A stretch of DNA of 64,000 nt, from assembly GCA_045576595.1 (NCBI GenBank), contig JAZNGV010000031.1, positions 13,903 through 77,902 on the forward strand, written 5' to 3'. The notes under the pieces were generated by a model. The model saw nothing but the letters and a program-made list of their open reading frames with translations, had not been told where the DNA came from and did no database searches. Within the stretch, counting starts at the first letter, position 1. Each line of letters opens with the position of its first letter. This document shows, piece after piece, positions 13,902 through 20,629 of the stretch. This DNA comes from Paludibacteraceae bacterium. GTDB taxonomy: Bacteria > Bacteroidota > Bacteroidia > Bacteroidales > Paludibacteraceae. The translations under genes were made by a program, and so were the position numbers.

Positions 13902-15542
13902 ATGGAAAACATACAGGGAAATATCGCCATTACTTACGATAGCCTCGAAATAGCATATCGTGATTGCCGCAGAAATAAATCAGGTTCTGCAAATGCTATT
14001 GCGTATGAGATGTTCTATGAGGCTAATCTACTCCGTTTGCGTGATGAGATAAACGCACGCACATATACTCCCCAAGAATCCATTGCCTTTATTGTAAACA
14101 AGCCTGTGCAGCGCGAGATATTTGCTGCTAATTTTCGTGACCGTGTCGTTCATCATTGGATCGCTTTGCGCATTGAGCCGTTATTGGAGCGGGTTTTTAT
14201 AGATGAAAGCTTTAATTGTCGCAAGGGGAAAGGTACACTTGCTGGCATACTGTATTTGCGTGACGCTATTCGACAAAAGTCGGAGAACTATACGCGCGAT
14301 TGTTGGGTGCTTAAATACGATTTGAAAGGCTTTTTTATGTCAATTAACCGTGAGCGCGTCACAGATAAGTTGTGTCGGTTTATTGATGAGCGTTACAAAG
14401 GAAATGATAAAGATACGCTCATTTTTCTATGTCGCCAAATACTACTTAATGCCCCCGAAAAGAATTGCAAAATTAAGGGAACAAAGTCCGAATGGGTTGG
14501 TTTGTCAGCGGATAAAAGTTTGTTTACTGTGCCTGATGGATTTGGATTGCCAATTGGGAACCTGACATCGCAACTCGTAGCAAATTTCTTGCTGAATGAC
14601 GCGGATCACTATTGCAAGGAGGTGTTAGGTTTGGATATAGATCGCTATGTAGATGATACCTCAACTCCCGACACGGAAAAAGAGAAACTATTGGCTGCTA
14701 TGCCTCTTGTTCGACAATATCTTTTGGAAAGCGCAGGTGCTATTATACATCCGCATAAATTTTATTTACAACATTATACTAAAGGGGTTAAGTTTATTGG
14801 CTGTGTAATAAAAAAGGATAGATTATATCTTGCTAATCGCACTGTTGGTAATGCGTATAAACGCCTGCATAAGTTCAACGAATTAGCAGCTAATAATCCG
14901 CTGTTTGTGCGAAAACATGCCGAGTATTTTGTTAGTTGTATAAACTCCTATCTTGGTTTGATGAAGCATTGTAACGCGTATGGTTTGCGTCGTGATTTCA
15001 TTGCAGCTATAGGGAGTGAGTGGCATAAAGTTATAACTGTTGATCCTGATTATACTAAACTTATCGTAAAACCAAAATTCAAACATAGAGAGCGCATTCG
15101 TTATGTGCTCCGCCGTCAAAGGCATAAAATATCAATAACCAAAATTCAAAACAAACAAATGACAGCACGAGATTTTAGTACGGTTGATAAAGCCGTCGCC
15201 GTTGAGCAACTCAACATCAATCGCAAAAAGGGTTGTGTCGTGAGATGGGATTTCGAGCCTGTTAAGAACAAAATTCCTCTTAAACCTACAAACAAACCGA
15301 AACGGAGCAAGGGTAAGCCTGTGCCTAAAACCGACCAAGTACAAGTAGAGGGTCAAGACTACAAAGAAACAGTATCAAAGTTTGTTTCTTTCTCTGTTAA
15401 GTCTTATCCAATACTCCCAACAGCCGATGAGGTGATCGCGGATATTGAGGCGGATTTGACTGCACGCTATTCCGAAGATAATCGTCCTGCGATTGATCTT
15501 AATGCGTACCGCGAAGCTATTAACAAATTGCACACCTCTTAA
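13902..15542 (+). CDS. DGR reverse transcriptase with ~140-aa basic C-terminal extension
   Basis: PIGNLTSQLVANFLLN (DGR-type SQ motif) and IDRYVDD catalytic box. ATG 13902 is preferred because the track start 13818 lies inside the TR. Confidence 0.85.
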   Translation: MENIQGNIAITYDSLEIAYRDCRRNKSGSANAIAYEMFYEANLLRLRDEINARTYTPQESIAFIVNKPVQREIFAANFRDRVVHHWIALRIEPLLERVFIDESFNCRKGKGTLAGILYLRDAIRQKSENYTRDCWVLKYDLKGFFMSINRERVTDKLCRFIDERYKGNDKDTLIFLCRQILLNAPEKNCKIKGTKSEWVGLSADKSLFTVPDGFGLPIGNLTSQLVANFLLNDADHYCKEVLGLDIDRYVDDTSTPDTEKEKLLAAMPLVRQYLLESAGAIIHPHKFYLQHYTKGVKFIGCVIKKDRLYLANRTVGNAYKRLHKFNELAANNPLFVRKHAEYFVSCINSYLGLMKHCNAYGLRRDFIAAIGSEWHKVITVDPDYTKLIVKPKFKHRERIRYVLRRQRHKISITKIQNKQMTARDFSTVDKAVAVEQLNINRKKGCVVRWDFEPVKNKIPLKPTNKPKRSKGKPVPKTDQVQVEGQDYKETVSKFVSFSVKSYPILPTADEVIADIEADLTARYSEDNRPAIDLNAYREAINKLHTS

Positions 15543-15554
15543 ACGACAGACACA

Positions 15555-16532
15555 ATGGCACGTTCATTAAATGAGATAAAGGCGGAAATAGCCACCGCCT
15601 TTATCTCCCAAGAAGTGGTGCGTAATGCGTATGGTTTGGATGATAATGCTACTTTCGATAAGGTGTTTTCGCCTGTTAGTATTGAGAGTATTCTTTTCGA
15701 TGTCGTTGCTTCTTGTATATGGGTGGTTGAAAGCCTGTTTGATCGCCATAAGTTAGAGGTAGAAACAAGAATAGAAGCATTGCGTCCGCATACACTGCGT
15801 TGGTATGTTTCCAAGACGCTTGAGTATATGCACGGAAAAAGTCTAAAGCCTGTTTCAAAAGATGGAGTTGTGATCGCTGACTATTACGACACGAAAGATA
15901 TGCCCGAGAGTGAGATAGAAAAGAAACGTATCGTAAAATATGCAGTAGCAACGGAAAGTAATACGCATGTTCTGATAAAAGCTGCTGGCTCAAATGACGG
16001 TCGTCCCAAAAAACTCAATACAGAACAACTGAATGGTTTGAGTTGGTATCTTTCGCAGATTAAAGACGCAGGTGTTAATCTTCGGGTAATCAGTGAGGAC
16101 GCTGATCAGATGAATGTTGAGTTGTATGTTCGGTATGATCCAACCGTTTTGCAAGCAGAGCTCTTAACGGATAAAGAGAATGAATATCTCGCTACCGAGA
16201 ACACATTCTATACAAATGCCGATCGTGCGTCAGGGTATCACTTAATCCGTTTAAGCCCTATTGATGATGTACAAACAGACATTTTGGATAATGTTGTATG
16301 TGATGTCATTACCCACTTGCCTTTTAATGGAGAGTATAGGAACTCCGATTTGCTTGCTGCTATACAATCTATAAATGGCATAGAGGTGGCAGATATATGT
16401 AAGGTAGAAGTTTGCGCTGCAAGTGCAACAGGCGTATATACACCTGTCATCGGATATCGCCGTCCTTATAGTGGTTATTATGAATTAACAAACCTTGTTG
16501 TTAAGGGTAAACCTTACATTACAGCCGAATGA
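15555..16532 (+). CDS. Baseplate J-like protein (Mu gp47 position)
   Basis: 325-aa ORF following the baseplate genes. The N-terminus MARSLNEIKAEIATAFISQEVVRNAYGL resembles baseplate J family starts. Confidence 0.5.
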   Translation: MARSLNEIKAEIATAFISQEVVRNAYGLDDNATFDKVFSPVSIESILFDVVASCIWVVESLFDRHKLEVETRIEALRPHTLRWYVSKTLEYMHGKSLKPVSKDGVVIADYYDTKDMPESEIEKKRIVKYAVATESNTHVLIKAAGSNDGRPKKLNTEQLNGLSWYLSQIKDAGVNLRVISEDADQMNVELYVRYDPTVLQAELLTDKENEYLATENTFYTNADRASGYHLIRLSPIDDVQTDILDNVVCDVITHLPFNGEYRNSDLLAAIQSINGIEVADICKVEVCAASATGVYTPVIGYRRPYSGYYELTNLVVKGKPYITAE

Positions 16533-17065
16533 TTTATAAAGTAGATTTTGACAAATGGATTTTGTCTGTCTTGCCGTCATTTTTGCGAAAGAATGTGATA
16601 TTTGCCATACTCCGCGCAATGTGTGCACCTATCAAGTCAGAGAAAAGCGGTTTGTATGCTCGTTTTATCTTAGCCCGCAAGGATCATTTATATCGTCTAT
16701 CTCACAACGGACAAGTATGCTATCTGCGTGCAGCACTTAACGATGCATTTGGATTGCAACCGAGTAAAGGCTTCACGATAGAAGATTATGTCGAAATTGA
16801 TGGTGAGTGGCAATATGCCAAACATGAGGGCATGAATGATCATTTGTATCCTGTTGATGAGGGACTAAATCCTAATCTTCCAGAGGGAGAAACAGCTGAT
16901 CCTGCAATGCCTATTTTATACAGTGAGGATATCATCAATAGAGTGCAGTGCCATTTTGTTATAGGTGTTCCGTCTGCAATTTATTCGACAAGCCTCGACA
17001 AAGTACAAGCTATTGTTGAAAAATATCGCTTGCTATCAAAAATTCCAATTTATACACCAATCTAA
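16529..17065 (+). CDS. Baseplate/tail protein I-like (Mu gp48 position)
   Basis: 178-aa ORF with a 4-nt overlap with the J-like gene. Called from position only. Confidence 0.4.
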   Translation: MIYKVDFDKWILSVLPSFLRKNVIFAILRAMCAPIKSEKSGLYARFILARKDHLYRLSHNGQVCYLRAALNDAFGLQPSKGFTIEDYVEIDGEWQYAKHEGMNDHLYPVDEGLNPNLPEGETADPAMPILYSEDIINRVQCHFVIGVPSAIYSTSLDKVQAIVEKYRLLSKIPIYTPI

Positions 17066-17078
17066 AAAAAACAAAACA

Positions 17079-18371
17079 ATGAATAAAGCGCAATATTTAT
17101 CTACCGCTCCCGAACTGGGAGGAAACGGACGCTATCCTTTATCCACACAGGGACTTAATTTCGTGCAGTCGCAAATTGAATTGCTGCAAGAGCTTTCAAG
17201 AATCGGCGGAAAACGCTACATCCTTAAACAGCCCACTGATGGAGATGGATTGGTGGTTATTGATAACGAAATTATGCCATTATATGGTGCCATTCCTGAC
17301 AAAAGCGGTGGCATTAAAGTGTATCAAGAAACACAGGATATACAAGCTGACGGTGAAACTTATGTTGGAGCCCGCATTATACGATATGCACGATATCAGA
17401 CCGCTTACAGAAAAGGAGAAGATGGTTTATACCCAGTCAATGGGTTTGCTGTCATTCAGACAAATGCAGAACTGAACAGGCGCATTGACGAAATAGAGGG
17501 AGCAATGGGCGAAGTTTCCAATCGTCTTGAAATTCGTTCGGGTATATTTACTGCCGTTCAAATCAATAACCTTTTCGATAATGTTCGATTACAATGCCGT
17601 AAGGGTTCTGTAAAACTCAATGGCGCAGAAACATATAGTCTAAATGTATATCGCACAGGCAGTACTGCAGGCAATGGTGTTATTGAAAGCGTTACACAAG
17701 AGCAAATCTTGCCTGATTTGCGCCGCTTTACACGGCAGTATTCTCCTGATAGCAAAAAATGGAGCAAATGGACATACTGTACAGACAATTTTCATATAGA
17801 TGTCAAGGTTGTGGACGGCAATACAGTTTGGGTAAGGCATGGAGAGGTTCCTGTTGGTGTACAACTTGTGTTGTTGCGTAAGAAAAAACGTAGTAAATGG
17901 AGACGGTCATCAGGAAGTGAGGGCGGACAAGCGCGTCGCCAAGGTAAAAACCAATATGTACATCATAAAGGTATTGTACTTTCGCTGGGAGAACCTAATA
18001 AATGGTATGTGCCTAAATGTTTACAGGTGGATGATGATATACATAATTCGCTTATTGGTAAAGAACTTGGTACTATATGTAGAAGCTTTTTGAAAACAAT
18101 TTCTATTGGTGGCTATGAGGGATATCAGATTAAGGGAACAAGTATTTGTATCGTAGATCCCGTTCAATTAGGAATATTAAACCGCCGAGGTAGTACTGTG
18201 AATGCCGAGAATTGCAAATCAGCTGCTTATGTAAAAATAGCACTACAATTTGCGGCTGCAGGACAATCTTATAAAGGAGCTGGCGGTGAAATGGTGCAAA
18301 TGAAATATCGTATTTGGAACCAAAAGAATGGAGCTAATTATACAAAACGTCATACATTCTCTGTGGAATAA
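17079..18371 (+). CDS. Tail fibre-like protein
   Basis: 430-aa ORF after the baseplate genes. ATG 17079 (MNKAQYLSTAPELGG) is chosen because the track start 16965 overlaps the preceding gene. Confidence 0.45.
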   Translation: MNKAQYLSTAPELGGNGRYPLSTQGLNFVQSQIELLQELSRIGGKRYILKQPTDGDGLVVIDNEIMPLYGAIPDKSGGIKVYQETQDIQADGETYVGARIIRYARYQTAYRKGEDGLYPVNGFAVIQTNAELNRRIDEIEGAMGEVSNRLEIRSGIFTAVQINNLFDNVRLQCRKGSVKLNGAETYSLNVYRTGSTAGNGVIESVTQEQILPDLRRFTRQYSPDSKKWSKWTYCTDNFHIDVKVVDGNTVWVRHGEVPVGVQLVLLRKKKRSKWRRSSGSEGGQARRQGKNQYVHHKGIVLSLGEPNKWYVPKCLQVDDDIHNSLIGKELGTICRSFLKTISIGGYEGYQIKGTSICIVDPVQLGILNRRGSTVNAENCKSAAYVKIALQFAAAGQSYKGAGGEMVQMKYRIWNQKNGANYTKRHTFSVE

Positions 18372-18372
18372 A

Positions 18373-18402
18373 AAAAGAGGGGTAGTAAAAACTGCCTCTC
18401 TT
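18373..18402 (-). terminator. Intrinsic terminator, better formed on the minus strand
   Basis: aaaagagg/cctctctt stem. The internal mismatch is A-C on plus but G-U on minus. The T-run follows only on the minus strand (complement of 18366-18372). Confidence 0.5.
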
Positions 18403-18616
18403 GAAAGTCCCTGCGCCCGTGGGTCATTATGCGCTCATTCACTACGTTATATATACAGGGAAACACTATGTGCCATTATCCCTCGTTCAACGTTGATTCG
18501 AAGTGGACTATCATAATGCACATCCCAACGAATGGAGTCCAGCGAACTGGACATAACTTGTCAGGGAGTAGGATGTACTAATCGTAATTCCTCATGTTAG
18601 CAGGATATTACATGGC

Positions 18617-18624
18617 ACAAAGGT
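18617..18624 (-). promoter_or_regulatory. -7 box TAccTTTG (minus strand), orphan transcription unit 1
   Basis: Reverse complement reads aaaaaagcagTAccTTTGtgcc, nearly identical to the avd promoter context. Confidence 0.5.
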
Positions 18625-18741
18625 ACTGCTTTTTTGTGAGATATACAAATTTTTTACTAAAAAAATGAAGAAAAATTGCTAAAATACTGCACTTTGTCGG
18701 TTAAGGGTATAAAAAAGCCCCGCCGACTTCGTTAGAAAGTC

Positions 18742-18856
18742 CTCTTACCTACATTTCTAACAACAAACGCGAACAACCGCGAAGCCGTGGGGCGAAAGCC
18801 TTATAACTTCGGTTGTTCGTGTTTTTTATGCCTATACGAGGCTATGTAGGTAAGAG
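18742..18856. other. Nested hairpin element upstream of the Mom-like gene (candidate structured RNA / bidirectional terminator)
   Basis: Outer 13-bp perfect stem 18742-18754/18844-18856. Inner 13-bp stem 18767-18779/18810-18822 plus 3 more bp. Apical ggggc-GAAA-gcctt hairpin. T6 on plus and TTTGTTGTT on minus after the inner stem. Confidence 0.5.
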
Positions 18857-18861
18857 AGGTG

Positions 18862-18869
18862 CAAAATTA
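18862..18869 (-). promoter_or_regulatory. -7 box TAatTTTG (minus strand), orphan transcription unit 2
   Basis: Reverse complement reads aaaaaagcagTAatTTTGcacc, directly abutting the right arm of the nested hairpin element. Confidence 0.45.
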
Positions 18870-18926
18870 CTGCTTTTTTCTCAAATAACCAAATTTTCAA
18901 CCCTTAAAAATCTGTTTTTATGCTGA

Positions 18927-19775
18927 ATGTCAAGCAAAACAAATGAATCTGTGCAGATTTTCAAAGAATCTACTGCACTTGGTAGGCTTCTAATTAAGCC
19001 TGTAAGCAAAGCCGTTGCTCGCGAGATGATCATTGCAAATCACTACTCGCACAAATGGAACGATGGTGGCTTTGGAGTGTTTAATTTCGGGATATTCCAT
19101 GCTGATGAACCCGACCGTTGTCTTGGAGTGGCTGTCTATGGTTACATGAAGAACCCACGCGCAAAGACCTTTACGCACCCTAATCCTAAAGCGTGGGTGT
19201 GTGAACTTAATCGCATGTGGATAGATGATGAACTTGGACGCAATGCCGAGAGTATTTTAATAGCAGCGTCTATTAAGTTATTACGCCGCCTTGACCCTAA
19301 TTGTGTTGCTGTGCAAAGTTTCGCAGACGGTCGCCTTGGTTGCGGAACAATCTACAAAGCTTCAAACTTTCGGTATTTTGGTTTCCATCATACCATTTTC
19401 CTGCGCAATAAACGATCAGGCGAAATTATCCATCAACAGATATGCACTAATACAACCTCAAAGGCTGCTTATATTCGCGCAAATGTTGCGTATTTGATTG
19501 GCGATTTCGATGTACTTATTGTCAAAACATATCGTTATATTTATCCGCTATGCAAGCATTTTCGTTCTGTATTTAAGGAGCAACCTTATCCCGCATACGA
19601 TAAAGGATATGTCGCAGGCGAGTGGAAGCGTGATAAAGAAACAATCAGACAGCGTTGCGTTAAAATGCTTGCAGAATTAGATTTATCTGTTTATGAGAAA
19701 CCTGTAAAGCGTGTAGGTTCTTCAAAAGCCAAGAATCCAGCAAATAATGCAGAGAACTCTAAAGTAGCAGCTTAA
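18927..19775 (+). CDS. Mom-like GNAT-fold DNA-modification protein (adenine methylcarbamoylation family) - tentative
   Basis: ANHYSHKW...LGVAVYG...CELNRMW...QSFADGRLGCGTIYKASNFRYFG...YRYIYPL resembles my recollection of the Mu Mom-family pattern. It is the last gene of the prophage, as mom is in Mu. Confidence 0.45.
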   Translation: MSSKTNESVQIFKESTALGRLLIKPVSKAVAREMIIANHYSHKWNDGGFGVFNFGIFHADEPDRCLGVAVYGYMKNPRAKTFTHPNPKAWVCELNRMWIDDELGRNAESILIAASIKLLRRLDPNCVAVQSFADGRLGCGTIYKASNFRYFGFHHTIFLRNKRSGEIIHQQICTNTTSKAAYIRANVAYLIGDFDVLIVKTYRYIYPLCKHFRSVFKEQPYPAYDKGYVAGEWKRDKETIRQRCVKMLAELDLSVYEKPVKRVGSSKAKNPANNAENSKVAA

Positions 19776-19786
19776 TAGAACAAAGA

Positions 19787-19816
19787 AACCTCTCAACTTT
19801 TTGCGGTTGAGAGGTT
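19787..19816. terminator. Bidirectional intrinsic terminator
   Basis: aacctctcaac-tttttgcg-gttgagaggtt: 11-bp perfect stem flanked by A-run and T-run. Confidence 0.8.
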
Positions 19817-19963
19817 TTTATATGTTGGTTAAACAGCAATCAAATAGTGGTTAAACTTGCTTTATGATTCTCCACGAACAAATAAATATGACAAACCAGT
19901 CGTTGAAATAACGAGCATTTTTCTTATACACACCGCATGAAAAAGGGTGTAATTTTCACACTA

Positions 19964-19971
19964 CAAAGGTA
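19964..19971 (-). promoter_or_regulatory. -7 box TAccTTTG (minus strand), orphan transcription unit 3
   Basis: Reverse complement reads aaaaaaaagtagTAccTTTGtagtg. It points at terminator 19787-19816, and the ~150-nt unit has no ORF above 18 codons. Confidence 0.45.
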
Positions 19972-20414
19972 CTACTTTTTTTTGAAATATGCAAATTTTT
20001 AGGCAAAAAAATGCAAAAAAAAACACTATTTTTCACACCCTAAAAAACAGGGCAAAGATTGAAAAGAAAATGCAAGAAAATTACGAAAAATTGTACATTT
20101 CGTTTGGAAATGTTGTACAAATGGTTTTGCCGATTATATTAGCATATTCTTGGTATTATACTATTGCCATGCTTGAAGAAGTTTCCTTTACATAGCAAGT
20201 GCTAGATAAAAAAATCATTTTAATCAAATAATTTTCTACTAATAATTCTCATAGAATAAAAAGTACTAATCAAATTATGTAAACTAAATAGTAACTCTTC
20301 ATATACTCACAATAGTCTTAGTAGTGTTTTATCGTGTATAGTGAATATTTTGAAATTCACCACTCACTTTTAGCACAATCTTCGGCATGCGAAAACTTTT
20401 TTCAAAAAAATTAC

Positions 20415-20422
20415 TACCTTTG
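20415..20422 (+). promoter_or_regulatory. -7 box TAccTTTG, orphan plus-strand promoter upstream of the purD promoter
   Basis: aaaaaaattacTAccTTTGcagag, followed by ~150 nt without a long ORF (GCGG-ATAA-CCGC hairpin at 20434-20445). Confidence 0.4.
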
Positions 20423-20578
20423 CAGAGTAAAAATGCGGATAACCGCAGAAATACGCCACAAAGTATGAAAATCGAGCGGAAAGGACACCTGCAAGGATTT
20501 TTGCGCAACTGATTTGACAAAATAAAATTCCTTGCTAAACTTTCTAAGTTTTCACTTGCATATATGCAAAAAAATCAC

Positions 20579-20586
20579 TACCTTTG
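20579..20586 (+). promoter_or_regulatory. purD promoter (-7 TAccTTTG with upstream TTGCATATATGCAA palindrome)
   Basis: cacTTGCATATATGCAAaaaaatcacTAccTTTGcacccgaaatt, 44 nt upstream of the purD ATG. Confidence 0.6.
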
Positions 20587-20629
20587 CACCCGAAATTAGA
20601 ATGGTGGTTTTAGAACTCTTCTGAAATTT

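Larger units (their letters stand above)
12070..15542 (+). mobile_element. Diversity-generating retroelement cassette (target/VR - Avd - TR - RT)
   Basis: VR/TR pair with adenine-specific mismatches, an Avd-like ORF and an RT with the IGNLTSQ and YVDD motifs. See individual features. Confidence 0.9.
1..19816 (+). mobile_element. Prophage late region (contractile tail, Mu-like gene order); left end beyond window, right end approximate
   Basis: Contiguous same-strand block of protease, capsid, lysis, sheath, tube, chaperone, tape measure, baseplate, fibre and Mom-like ORFs. It ends at bidirectional terminator 19787-19816, followed by an AT-rich spacer and host purD. Confidence 0.7.

Noticed and set aside
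16965-17078. Longer start of the fibre-like gene
   Set aside because: It would overlap the preceding gene by 100 nt in another frame. ATG 17079 follows the preceding stop by 14 nt and an A-rich spacer.
18742-18856. Invertible promoter (Bacteroides-style inverted repeats flanking a promoter)
   Set aside because: No TAnnTTTG box lies between the 13-bp inverted repeats. The flanked segment is only ~90 bp and is itself a hairpin. No invertase or recombinase gene is nearby.
19989-20195. 68-aa ORF in the AT-rich prophage/host spacer
   Set aside because: It has a Lys/Asn-rich low-complexity N-half typical of AT-rich non-coding DNA, and it starts inside a poly-A/promoter-like tract. No supporting signal was seen.
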